A DNA stretch of 64,000 bases, from positions 30,163-94,162 of the forward strand of contig CAZIHU010000002.1 of assembly GCA_964538865.1 (NCBI GenBank). Reading direction: 5' to 3'. This DNA is from an uncultured Candidatus Peribacteria bacterium (GTDB lineage Bacteria; Patescibacteriota; Gracilibacteria; UBA1369; UBA12470). Position numbers and translations under genes: made by a program. The notes beneath the pieces were generated by a model. The model worked only from the letters and a program-made list of their open reading frames with translations, was not told where the DNA came from and searched no databases. Shown here in pieces: positions 27,231 through 36,907 of this stretch; position 1 is the stretch's first letter; each line of letters starts with the position of its first letter.

Positions 27231-30200
27231 ATGGTAAACAAAACGACTAGATGGCTAGTCAGCTTTTTCGTATTCGGACTAGCTTTAGCGGTTGCGCTAA
27301 CAGGAGCGCAGCTAACTTTCGCCGATGTCGCGGAAGAAGGGGATGCAGTAGCCACTTCGTACGGAGCGTACGAATATGACTACTATTACAATGGCGCCTG
27401 TGTCTCATATTACGACAGCTATTCGTACACCTATTATTACATCTGTGATGATGGTTGTTATTATTACGACCACACTTATTACGGATATTATTGGTGTCCG
27501 GACGGGTCGTACAACTATTATGCGGCTAGCGACGACAGCAGCAGCACTACATCGTATGGGACATACGAATACGACTATTACTACAGCTCAAGCTGTACCG
27601 GATATGAAGATTGGTATGGATACTACTATTACATCTGTGATGACGAATGTTATTACTACAATGAGTATTATTACGGATACTACTGGTGTCCTGATGGGTC
27701 TTACACCTACTACAGCGGAAGTGCTGGGACAACAAGCGAAGTAGAGTACGGAAGCTACGAGGCTGATTACACCTACAACTCCGACTGTACTGCATACGAG
27801 GACTGGTACGGATACTACTATTACATCTGTCCAGATGGATGTTACTACTATGACTCGTACTACTACGGATACTACTACTGTCCAGATGGGTCATATAACT
27901 ACTACAGTGCGGGCGCTAATACAGACTTTTACGACGGGTATTACGAATATGACTACAGCACCAACACTGACTGTACCGATTATTACAACTACTACTTCTG
28001 TCTTGACGACTGTTATTACTACGATATCTACTATTATTGTAATAACACTGGGTACAACTACTTCTATGATGGGACAACTTGGGAATACTATTGTTGGAGT
28101 TATGCAGAGTACAACGGATACATCTACTGTTATGACGACAGTTGTTACTACTACCCTGATGGATCATCTAGCTGTGAAAGTACTGGCACAAGTTATGATG
28201 AAGGATATTTTGAATATGATTACTACTACAACACATCATGTACTTCATATTGGGATAGCTGGTCAGGGTACTATTACTACTACTGTCCGGACAGTTGTTG
28301 GTACTATGATGAGTACTATTATGGATACTACTACTGTGACGACTCATGGACTTACTACTACTATGAATCGGACATAGATTGGGACTACTACTGTTATGAC
28401 TACTACAACTACGGAACTTATATCTATTGTTACGATGATTATTGCTACTACTATGAAGACGGATCTTCATCATGTGACAGTACTACCGATTATGGTTGGG
28501 ACAGCTACTGCTGGGATTATGTGATTTATTACGACTACGATTCGTATGACTATGATACTTACACATACGAAGAGTATATCTACTGTTACGATGATGATTG
28601 TTACTACTATGCAGATGGTGACTATTATTGTTACAGCTATGATTACACATGGGATGATTACTGCTACAGCTACACAAATTACGGAAGCTACATCTACTGT
28701 TATGACGATGATTGCTACTACTATGACGACGGATCATACTACTGCTACACAACATACGATGACTATTATGAGGGGTATTACGAATGGACTTATGATACGA
28801 GCTGGGATTGTAGCGCATACTGGGATGATTATTACTACACCTATTATTACTACTGTCCGGATGGGTGTTGGTACTATGATGACTACTATTACGGCTACTA
28901 TTATTGTGACGATTCAGGGACTTACTATTACTACGAAGATTCTTCTCTAGATTGGAGCAGTTATTGTTATGACTACTCGGACTACGGAAGCTACATCTAT
29001 TGTTGGGATGACGATTGTTACTACTATGACGACGGATCCTATTACTGTTATACATACGACTATTACGACTATTCGGAAGGATATTACGAATACGACTACT
29101 GGTATAACTGGGAATGTGTCTGGTATGACTACTACTATTACTGTCCCGACGGATGTTATTACTACGACGAAGCTTTAGGCTACGATTACTATTGGTGTAC
29201 CGATAGTGGAACCACTTACTACTATTACTGGTATTACGACGATTGGTACTACGACGGATATTATGAATACGACTACTGGTATAACGGAGACTGTTACAGT
29301 TACTGGGACAGTTACGACTACACCTATTATTACTACTGCTTCGACAGCTGTTGGTACTACTGGGATTACTACTATTGTGACAACAGTGGGTCTACCTACT
29401 ACTACGACACATACGATGACTACTACTATGACTGGTACGAAGACTGTTACTACGATGACTGGGGCGGATATTGGTACTGTTACGACGACGGATGTTATTA
29501 CTACGATGATGGATCAACATGGTGTACCACAGACTACTATGGAGACTCCACATGTGAAGAGTATTACGACTACTACAGTGGTACCTATTATTACTACTGT
29601 TACGACGATGGATGCTGGTATTACGACACCTATTACTACTGTGATGGGTTGATGTACTACTACGACACCGACTACTACTACAGCTCAAACACATGGGAGA
29701 ACTGTACATATTACGGAGACTACTACTATTGTTGGGATGATGGATGTTACTACTACGATAGTGGTTACGTAGAATGTGATAGTTACTGGTACGACTATGA
29801 CGTAAATGAAGAATGTTGGTACGATGATTGGTACGACTATTGGTATTGTGACGATGGATGTTACTACTACGGTGACTATTACTACTGTGATGGCATCTAC
29901 TACTACTACGACGATACCTACTACTACGACGAATACTACGACTACTGGGGTGACTATTGTGAAGACTACGGAGACTACTACTACTGTTGGGATGACGGAT
30001 GCTACTACTATGATGACGGATCCATCTACTGTGATGGATACTACGACAACTACTACTACGACGACGGATGTTATTTCGACAACTGGTACGGGTACTACGT
30101 CTGTGATGACGGATGTTACTACAACGACTACATGTACTGGTGTGACGACGGATACTATTACTACTACGACGACTACAACTATGACTGGTATGACAACTAC

Positions 30201-31994
30201 TACGATTACTACGATGACTACTACTACTACGATGATTATTACTACGATCCGTTAACAGGTTGTTCATACTACTATGATGGATGGTACGATTGTAATGATT
30301 ACTACTACGGATACTTCGAGTACGATTATTACTACAACGAATCATGTGAAGAGAACTACAACAGTTGGGATGGAGAATACTACTACTGTCCGGATGATTG
30401 TTGGTACATGGCAGACTACTACTGGTGTGACGGATACACCTATTACTACACCGATTACTACACTGATTGGTATGACGATTACTGGTATGACTACGACTAC
30501 TGGTGGGATTGTTACGACTATGGATACTACTACTATTGTCCATATGAAGGATGTTACTACTACGATGACGGGTATGTATGGTGTGAATACGATTATTACA
30601 TAGACTACACATACGACTGTTGGTACGACTCAAACGGATACTACGTCTGTGACGACGGATGTTGGTACTACGACGAATATTACTACTGTGACGGATACCA
30701 GTACTGGTATGACTGGGCTTACTACTACGATTACGTGGGTGACTGGTGGGATACCGACTGTTATTACTACGACGGATATTGGTGGGACGGATGGTGGTAT
30801 GACGGTTACTACTACTGTACCGACGGATGTTACTACTATGATGACGGATACACATGGTGTGAATTCGACTACTACTGGGATTACGAAGACAACTACTACG
30901 ATTGTTGGTACGACAGCCTAGGGTACTACGTATGTAACGACGGATGCTACTACTACGATTACTACTACTACTGTGATGGGTACTTGTACTACTACGAAGA
31001 CTACTGGTACGACTACTGGTACGACTACTACGATTACGACTACGACTACTGGGATTACTACTGTGACGAGTACTATGACGACTACTTCGGATACTATTAT
31101 TACTGTTGGGACGACGAATGCTGGTACTTCAATGACTACTACTATTGTGACGGAGAGTACTACTACTACTACACCGATTACACCGACGACACATGGGATG
31201 GATGTAGCTTTGGAACAGATACAGTCCATGGAGACTACTACTACTGTGCAGACGACGGATGCTTCTACTATGACTACTGGTATGAATGTACAACCACTGG
31301 ATACTACGAAGACTGGTATGAAGAAACATACGACGATACTGTGACAACCACAGATTACTCAGATGTAGAACCGTGGGATCCATACATCGAAGCTATCGAC
31401 TACCTAAGTGAAGCAGAAGTTATCGAAGGATATGACGACGGTACGTACAAACCAAACGCAGATGTAAACCGTGTAGAAGCGCTAAAGATCATCTTCGCAA
31501 CTCTCGACAATGTACTTGAGATTTACGAACTTGATACAAGCAGCAACTACATCTCGTCCGACATGGAATTCACAGACATTGAAGACGGATCATGGTACAT
31601 CCCATACCTAGAAGAAGCGTACTTGCTTGGAATCATCGAAGGATACGAAGACGGCACATTCCAGCCAGGATCCACAGTCAACAAGGTCGAAATATTGAAG
31701 ATGGTTATCGAAGCATTCAACCTTGAAGAAATGATGGCTGACGAGATAACAGAAGTTCTGTACGCCGACGTTGACACTTCTCAATGGTACGCGCCTTACG
31801 TACAGCTAGCCAATGAGATGGGTATCTACTACGATCTGACCGTTGGTGACAACTTCGAACCAGCTGAATTGATGACACGTGGTGAAATCGCAGATCTCGT
31901 TTACAGGTTTGCAGACGCAGTCTACCTATACGATGATGCAGTTGAAGCTGCAGCTGCAGCTGGAAAGGCAGGACACAAATTAGGACGCAGATAG
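27231..31994 (+). CDS. giant secreted Tyr/Asp/Cys/Trp-rich repeat protein with three C-terminal SLH domains
   Basis: 1587 aa; signal peptide, about 1330 aa of Y/D/C/G/W-dominated 4-Cys modules, then SLH-like repeats (YSDVEPWDPYIEAIDYL..., FTDIEDGSWYIPYLEEAYLLGIIEGY..., YADVDTSQWYAPYVQLANEMGI...); followed by a strong terminator. Confidence 0.8.
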   Translation: MVNKTTRWLVSFFVFGLALAVALTGAQLTFADVAEEGDAVATSYGAYEYDYYYNGACVSYYDSYSYTYYYICDDGCYYYDHTYYGYYWCPDGSYNYYAASDDSSSTTSYGTYEYDYYYSSSCTGYEDWYGYYYYICDDECYYYNEYYYGYYWCPDGSYTYYSGSAGTTSEVEYGSYEADYTYNSDCTAYEDWYGYYYYICPDGCYYYDSYYYGYYYCPDGSYNYYSAGANTDFYDGYYEYDYSTNTDCTDYYNYYFCLDDCYYYDIYYYCNNTGYNYFYDGTTWEYYCWSYAEYNGYIYCYDDSCYYYPDGSSSCESTGTSYDEGYFEYDYYYNTSCTSYWDSWSGYYYYYCPDSCWYYDEYYYGYYYCDDSWTYYYYESDIDWDYYCYDYYNYGTYIYCYDDYCYYYEDGSSSCDSTTDYGWDSYCWDYVIYYDYDSYDYDTYTYEEYIYCYDDDCYYYADGDYYCYSYDYTWDDYCYSYTNYGSYIYCYDDDCYYYDDGSYYCYTTYDDYYEGYYEWTYDTSWDCSAYWDDYYYTYYYYCPDGCWYYDDYYYGYYYCDDSGTYYYYEDSSLDWSSYCYDYSDYGSYIYCWDDDCYYYDDGSYYCYTYDYYDYSEGYYEYDYWYNWECVWYDYYYYCPDGCYYYDEALGYDYYWCTDSGTTYYYYWYYDDWYYDGYYEYDYWYNGDCYSYWDSYDYTYYYYCFDSCWYYWDYYYCDNSGSTYYYDTYDDYYYDWYEDCYYDDWGGYWYCYDDGCYYYDDGSTWCTTDYYGDSTCEEYYDYYSGTYYYYCYDDGCWYYDTYYYCDGLMYYYDTDYYYSSNTWENCTYYGDYYYCWDDGCYYYDSGYVECDSYWYDYDVNEECWYDDWYDYWYCDDGCYYYGDYYYCDGIYYYYDDTYYYDEYYDYWGDYCEDYGDYYYCWDDGCYYYDDGSIYCDGYYDNYYYDDGCYFDNWYGYYVCDDGCYYNDYMYWCDDGYYYYYDDYNYDWYDNYYDYYDDYYYYDDYYYDPLTGCSYYYDGWYDCNDYYYGYFEYDYYYNESCEENYNSWDGEYYYCPDDCWYMADYYWCDGYTYYYTDYYTDWYDDYWYDYDYWWDCYDYGYYYYCPYEGCYYYDDGYVWCEYDYYIDYTYDCWYDSNGYYVCDDGCWYYDEYYYCDGYQYWYDWAYYYDYVGDWWDTDCYYYDGYWWDGWWYDGYYYCTDGCYYYDDGYTWCEFDYYWDYEDNYYDCWYDSLGYYVCNDGCYYYDYYYYCDGYLYYYEDYWYDYWYDYYDYDYDYWDYYCDEYYDDYFGYYYYCWDDECWYFNDYYYCDGEYYYYYTDYTDDTWDGCSFGTDTVHGDYYYCADDGCFYYDYWYECTTTGYYEDWYEETYDDTVTTTDYSDVEPWDPYIEAIDYLSEAEVIEGYDDGTYKPNADVNRVEALKIIFATLDNVLEIYELDTSSNYISSDMEFTDIEDGSWYIPYLEEAYLLGIIEGYEDGTFQPGSTVNKVEILKMVIEAFNLEEMMADEITEVLYADVDTSQWYAPYVQLANEMGIYYDLTVGDNFEPAELMTRGEIADLVYRFADAVYLYDDAVEAAAAAGKAGHKLGRR

Positions 31995-32016
31995 AAAAAA
32001 GCGCAATAAGCAAAAA

Positions 32017-32046
32017 GGGCCTCGCATCACGCGAGGTCCTTTTTTA
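32017..32046 (+). terminator. intrinsic terminator after the Tyr-rich gene
   Basis: GGGCCTCGC-ATCAC-GCGAGGTCC followed by TTTTTT. Confidence 0.7.
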
Positions 32047-32109
32047 TTGCCCTCAGTCTCACCATGGCAACGCCAATCACGACGGGGCTTTTTTTATACT
32101 CCATTTCCA

Positions 32110-32420
32110 AACGCGATTCTTGCCACTACCCAATAGGGAAATCCTCGCCTCATTAGAAAATTTCTCATCCCTCCAAAGTCGGGATTCGAAATTTCCTATT
32201 CGGCGTGCTCCGCTCCCAGACCACTCGGCAGAGCTCGTGGTCTTAACGCTCCGCAACGGATTTCTCGCTACTATCCCAATAGGGTTTTGCTCAATTTTTT
32301 ACGAAATTCCTCATATTGTTTACTTCGTAAAAATATTCGGGATTTCATAAAAATTGTCCTTCGCTCTCAGAAGGCTTACGGAGTTCGCCTTCTTAACGCT
32401 CCGGATCGCAAAACTCGCTA
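32110..32420 (-). pseudogene. two decayed tandem copies (period about 147 bp) of the nrdR 3' end plus its downstream spacer
   Basis: Motif CTACTAACCCAACAAG (true nrdR end) recurs as CTACTATCCCAATAGGG and CCACTACCCAATAGGG; copy 2 still reads ...EEFRKKLSKTLLG* versus NrdR ...ESFKKELTDLLG*. Confidence 0.5.
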
Positions 32421-32867
32421 CTAACCCAACAAGTCCGTCAACTCCTTCTTAAACGACTCCACATCCTTAAACTGCCTGTAAACAGAAGCAAAACGAATGT
32501 AAGCGACCTCATCCAACTCGCGAAGACTTTCCATAACATCCTCGCCAACCTGCCCAGCCTCAACCTCTTTGCCGGCTGCACTCCATTTCTCCTCGAGAGA
32601 ATCGATAAGCTCTCGGACCTGATCCTGTGAGACAGGCCTTTTCTCGCAAGCCCGCCAGATACCTCTCTCGACTTTATCACGGTTATAGGACTCGCGAGTC
32701 CCGTCTTTTTTTATCACGACAAAATTTGCGGTTTCAACCTTCTCAAAAGTGGTAAACCTATGACCGCACTTCTCGCATTCGCGGCGACGGCGGGTTTCTT
32801 TGTTATCGTTGGTATCGCGCGAATCGATAACCTTTGTATCGTCATTATGGCATTTTGGGCATTTCAT
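32421..32867 (-). CDS. nrdR: transcriptional repressor NrdR
   Basis: 148 aa; MKCPKCHNDDTKVIDSR...RRRRECEKCGHRFTTFE zinc ribbon plus ATP-cone. Confidence 0.92.
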   Translation of the reverse strand: MKCPKCHNDDTKVIDSRDTNDNKETRRRRECEKCGHRFTTFEKVETANFVVIKKDGTRESYNRDKVERGIWRACEKRPVSQDQVRELIDSLEEKWSAAGKEVEAGQVGEDVMESLRELDEVAYIRFASVYRQFKDVESFKKELTDLLG

Positions 32868-33952
32868 ACTGCAATCTTAGCATATTTTTTCCTGGCAAAA
32901 ACATCTGTCATCCCGCAAACATAGTCCTTTACCGCAATTACATCATCCTCATCCCGCAAATATTCAGGAACCTCGTCAAGATTTTGAATATAATAATCAA
33001 AAAGAGTTTCCAAAATCTCCTCACCCTTCCGCGACAGCTCAAGAACTTTCTCATTAAGATAAAAATTCTTCTGCAAAAACTCCTTAAGCTCGCTCATTTT
33101 CCCAGCAAAATCAGGCAAAAACGCAACAAGCGGCTCCCCCCGACCATAAACATCCCCCAAATCCGCAATGCCGTCCAACCCCTGCGAAGTATCCAGAATA
33201 AGCCTGCTAATCATGAGCCCCATAAGACCGCTAACAACACGGGAACGCAGAATCCTCAAGTCATCAATCTCTCCATATTTATCCGCAACCTCCTGCAAAG
33301 CTTCGCCAACAATAGGAACCTCAATGAGCTCCCCCCAATCGATAAGCTCAGCACGCAAACCATCATCAATATCATGATTGCTGTAAGCGATTTCATCAGC
33401 AACGTTCACAACTTGCGCCTCAAGACTCGGTGCAACAACAGTAGTTAGCCCTCGATTGTCCCAAGGCGTCTGATGCTTAGAAAGCCCATCCAAAACCTCA
33501 AAACTCAAATTAAGCCCCGGAAAATCGGGATACACATGCTCAAGTTTGGTCACAACACGTTTGCTCTGATCATTATGCTCGAACGCCTTCCCAAATTTCT
33601 GCATGCATCTATCCATCGCCATCTCACCGGCATGCCCGAACGGAGTATGTCCAAGGTCATGAGCGAGGGCGATCGCCTCGGCAAGATCTTCATTTAGACC
33701 AAGAGCTCGCGCAATGTCCCGACTGATCTGAGCAACTTCGATAGTATGAGTCAGCCGCGTGCGATAATGATCTCCATACCCCGAAACAAAAACCTGCGTT
33801 TTCAGGTTAAGACGTCGAAAAGAACGGCAATGAATAATCCGATCACGATCCTTTTGAAAAACACCCCTTTCCCGATCGGGATCTTCGGGATACTCGCGTC
33901 CCTTGCTTTTCACATCTGATACGGCGTAAGGCTTAAGCATAAAACATAACAA
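32864..33952 (-). CDS. dgt: dGTP triphosphohydrolase-like HD-domain protein
   Basis: 362 aa; FQKDRDRIIHCRSFRRL, RLTHTIEVAQISR, HDLGHTPFGH motifs; 4-nt overlap with nrdR. Confidence 0.85.
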   Translation of the reverse strand: MLCFMLKPYAVSDVKSKGREYPEDPDRERGVFQKDRDRIIHCRSFRRLNLKTQVFVSGYGDHYRTRLTHTIEVAQISRDIARALGLNEDLAEAIALAHDLGHTPFGHAGEMAMDRCMQKFGKAFEHNDQSKRVVTKLEHVYPDFPGLNLSFEVLDGLSKHQTPWDNRGLTTVVAPSLEAQVVNVADEIAYSNHDIDDGLRAELIDWGELIEVPIVGEALQEVADKYGEIDDLRILRSRVVSGLMGLMISRLILDTSQGLDGIADLGDVYGRGEPLVAFLPDFAGKMSELKEFLQKNFYLNEKVLELSRKGEEILETLFDYYIQNLDEVPEYLRDEDDVIAVKDYVCGMTDVFARKKYAKIAV

Positions 33953-34043
33953 TGTTAGTTTTTTTCAGCACGTAATTATTCCATATTTCCCCAAAAAATG
34001 CTAAATGTTTATTAGAGCTATATTGAAAAATCGCTTCCAATTC

Positions 34044-35771
34044 ATGAGAAAACTAATCCCCATCATCGCCATAATACTTCTAATAACCGCCTCACAACAG
34101 GCGGCAGCTTTTACAAGCGCTATCACAAGCCAAGAGTTGCAAGATAACATGACCCTTATTCTCCCATCCGCAAGCTCCTTAGAGAGCCTCGAATACCACT
34201 CAAACTGGACCGAAATCGAATACATCGAAACATCTTACGGGATCTCCGCACAATACGAAGCGCTTTACGATGATAAATACTCCTTGTCAACGGAACTTCC
34301 GACCATATATCAATACATCGTCGCCTACGAATCAGAATATGATCTGCAACTCGCATTCGACGATTTCCTCGCGAACGAAAAATTCGAAACCGGAGAATGG
34401 ATACTTCTAGAAGAAACGGAAACAAGCTTCAGTTACAAAACCGGAGCAGGCTCAGATATCGACTTGATAATGGATTATTCATCGGAATCAAACACCATCC
34501 ATTACGTAACCCAACAAGACAATCTCCTCATAGTGGTCAACTTTTACAGGAGTGGGGGAGTATACAATAGAGGCAATGTCTTAGCATACGAAGAATATAT
34601 TTTGAACTATGAAGACACGTTGTCTGTCCTAATGTCGGCCGCTTCGTACACAAAAGAAGCGATAGATTTTTATTTAGATGATATTGAGACGACCGGAACG
34701 CCGGAAGACTACGATTATTATTTGACATCATCGGACTACTATTTAGCTTTAAACGATTTTTACTCAATTCCGCTAAATGGATCGATCGAATTTGATATTT
34801 ATATAGATGAAACTTCAGAGATAGGAACAATTCTTGATACAAAAGGCATAAACAATCCTGAGTATGGATCGATTTCTTTGGGGATAGATGAAAACGCATT
34901 CCTGGATTTCAACCTGTACGATCCATATACGGAGTCGGGATGTGACGATTCTTCGGGTTGGCATCATATTTACTCCTCGGAGCAGACGGATCTTTATGAG
35001 TGGACCAATATCAAAATTGAGTATGGGGCGGATACTGGGATGAATATTTATGTTAACGATTATTTACAGGCACATTGCGAGGTTTATACTGATAGAAGTG
35101 ATGAAGTTTTGTACCTGGGGGATTATCCGATTGATATTATTGAGGAAAGCTTTGTCGGTTATATAAAAGACATAGCAACCTCATATTCTTTGAATGAAGA
35201 TGGCGAAAGAATCGATGATGTCATAGCTGAATATACGATTTTTACTGATGTAGGCGAAGATCATCAATATGCCGTGGCGATAGAATATTTAAAAGACAAC
35301 GGAATTATAAACGGCTATCCGGATGGGTCGTTTCAACCTGATCAAGAAGTGAATAGAGCAGAAATACTGAAGATGCTACTGCTGGGATTCGGATACGACG
35401 TGCCGGAAGCAGATTCAGAAAATCCATTCAGCGATGTGGAAACAGGAAGTTGGTATGAGGGGTACGTTCTCTATGCATATGATCTGGAAATCATTGCAGG
35501 ATACGCAGACGAAACATTTAAACCTGCTCAAAATGTGAATAAGGTTGAATTCTTAAAAATACTCACACGCAGTTACGGAATAGACCTGACAGATTATCCA
35601 GTGACGCTGCTCTATGGGGATACAATGATGACAGAATGGTATGCGCCATATGTGCAATATTCGAAGGATAATGAGCTGATGGATGTTGGTGAGGACGGAT
35701 ATTTCTACCCTGAAAACCCTGTGACAAGAGGGGAGGTGGCGGAGACGATATATAGGATGATTAACTTGTAA
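34044..35771 (+). CDS. secreted protein with LamG/concanavalin-like region and three C-terminal SLH domains
   Basis: ORF track 34005..35771; likely start MRKLIPIIAIILLITASQQAAA; SLH-like repeats FTDVGEDHQYAVAIEYLKDNGIINGY..., FSDVETGSWYEGYVLYAYDLEIIAGY..., YGDTMMTEWYAPYVQYSKDNEL... Confidence 0.75.
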   Translation: MRKLIPIIAIILLITASQQAAAFTSAITSQELQDNMTLILPSASSLESLEYHSNWTEIEYIETSYGISAQYEALYDDKYSLSTELPTIYQYIVAYESEYDLQLAFDDFLANEKFETGEWILLEETETSFSYKTGAGSDIDLIMDYSSESNTIHYVTQQDNLLIVVNFYRSGGVYNRGNVLAYEEYILNYEDTLSVLMSAASYTKEAIDFYLDDIETTGTPEDYDYYLTSSDYYLALNDFYSIPLNGSIEFDIYIDETSEIGTILDTKGINNPEYGSISLGIDENAFLDFNLYDPYTESGCDDSSGWHHIYSSEQTDLYEWTNIKIEYGADTGMNIYVNDYLQAHCEVYTDRSDEVLYLGDYPIDIIEESFVGYIKDIATSYSLNEDGERIDDVIAEYTIFTDVGEDHQYAVAIEYLKDNGIINGYPDGSFQPDQEVNRAEILKMLLLGFGYDVPEADSENPFSDVETGSWYEGYVLYAYDLEIIAGYADETFKPAQNVNKVEFLKILTRSYGIDLTDYPVTLLYGDTMMTEWYAPYVQYSKDNELMDVGEDGYFYPENPVTRGEVAETIYRMINL

Positions 35772-35823
35772 AGTGTTTCAGGTTCATGTAAATTAAATGC
35801 GGAGAGACTGAAATGTGAAGCAA

Positions 35824-35851
35824 GGACAGCCGAAGGCTGTCCTCTTTTCTT
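35824..35851 (+). terminator. intrinsic terminator
   Basis: GGACAGCC-GAAG-GGCTGTCC followed by TCTTTTCTT. Confidence 0.7.
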
Positions 35852-35944
35852 ATGACGAGCAATACGGAACATCGGCGAAGCTACACGGGAGGCCGACAAT
35901 TACGAAAACAAAACGCAAACACTGCTTTATGCTAAAATAAACAC

Positions 35945-36847
35945 ATGAAAACTCTCAAAGACCTCATCGTCGACTTCCTCGAGCACGCCGAGATTGCCAA
36001 AAACCAATCCGAAAAAACGATCGAGAACTATCATCACTACCTCCATCGATTCTTGGATTTCGCAGGTGATATTAAGCCAAACGCCATCACTTTAAAACTG
36101 GTCCAGAAATACCAGCTCCACCTCAATCGCCTCGAAGAAAATTTAAGCAAAAAAACTCAAAATTACCACATCATCGCGCTAAGGGCTTTTCTCAAATACT
36201 TAATAAGAAACGACTACGAAACCCTCCCTCCAGAAAAAATCGAACTCTCAAAAACCCCCGAACGTACAGTCGAATTTCTCACTCGCGAAGAATTGGAACG
36301 CCTATTTAAATCTGTAAATTTAAAGAACAAAAAAGGCCTCCGCGACCGCGCAATCCTCGAAACACTATACTCAACAGGCCTCCGCGTCAGCGAACTGAGG
36401 TCCCTCAACCGCAAACAAGTCGACTTAAAACGCCGCGAATTCATGGTCCGCGGAAAAGGCCGCAAACCTCGCATCGTCTTCATCTCAGACCGCTGCGCAA
36501 AATGGCTCAATGAGTACCTAAAAACCCGCACCGACAACCACGAACCTCTATTCATTAATTATGGGCGAACTCGCTCCGGAGACAACATCTCAGCAGGCGA
36601 AAAACGCCGCCTAACCGACTACTCTATCCAAGAGATAGTAAGAGGCACCGCCCGCCACGCCGGCTTAGTCAAACGCGTCACCCCTCACGTCCTTCGACAC
36701 AGCTTCGCAACCGAACTCCTTCAAAACGGCGCCGACATCCGCTCAGTCCAAGAAATGCTCGGCCACGCCTCAATCACAACCACACAGATCTACACACATG
36801 TGACAAACAAGCGCCTCAAGGAAATACATAGAAAATACTTGAAATAA
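35945..36847 (+). CDS. xerC: tyrosine recombinase XerC/XerD
   Basis: 300 aa; SAM-like N domain, catalytic R..HxxR..Y region HVLRHSFATELLQNGADIRSVQEMLGHASITTTQIYTHV. Confidence 0.9.
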   Translation: MKTLKDLIVDFLEHAEIAKNQSEKTIENYHHYLHRFLDFAGDIKPNAITLKLVQKYQLHLNRLEENLSKKTQNYHIIALRAFLKYLIRNDYETLPPEKIELSKTPERTVEFLTREELERLFKSVNLKNKKGLRDRAILETLYSTGLRVSELRSLNRKQVDLKRREFMVRGKGRKPRIVFISDRCAKWLNEYLKTRTDNHEPLFINYGRTRSGDNISAGEKRRLTDYSIQEIVRGTARHAGLVKRVTPHVLRHSFATELLQNGADIRSVQEMLGHASITTTQIYTHVTNKRLKEIHRKYLK

Positions 36848-36907
36848 ATTGACAAAACAGGAGAAATTGCTAAGCTAAACCACCTATATACCTAACCTTA
36901 AACTGCC

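Noticed and set aside
27376-31383. Many Thr-rich (+ frames) and Ser/Arg/Asn/His-rich (- frames, up to 487 aa) ORFs overlapping the Tyr-rich gene
   Set aside because: They are frame shadows of a sequence made mostly of TAC/TAT, GAC/GAT, TGT/TGC, TGG and GGA codons, which lack stops in other frames. Only the annotated frame has a signal peptide, SLH domains, a start context and a terminator.
32120-32350. 76-aa + strand ORF in the spacer downstream of the Tyr-rich gene
   Set aside because: It lies across the decayed nrdR-end duplications, has no start context, and its sequence is explained by the repeats.
33953-34043. AACATTGTTATGTT upstream of dgt-nrdR as an NrdR box
   Set aside because: It shares only the ACA...TGT ends with the known 16-bp NrdR box consensus, and no second box sits at the usual helical spacing. 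It is noted only as part of the start-proximal palindrome observation.
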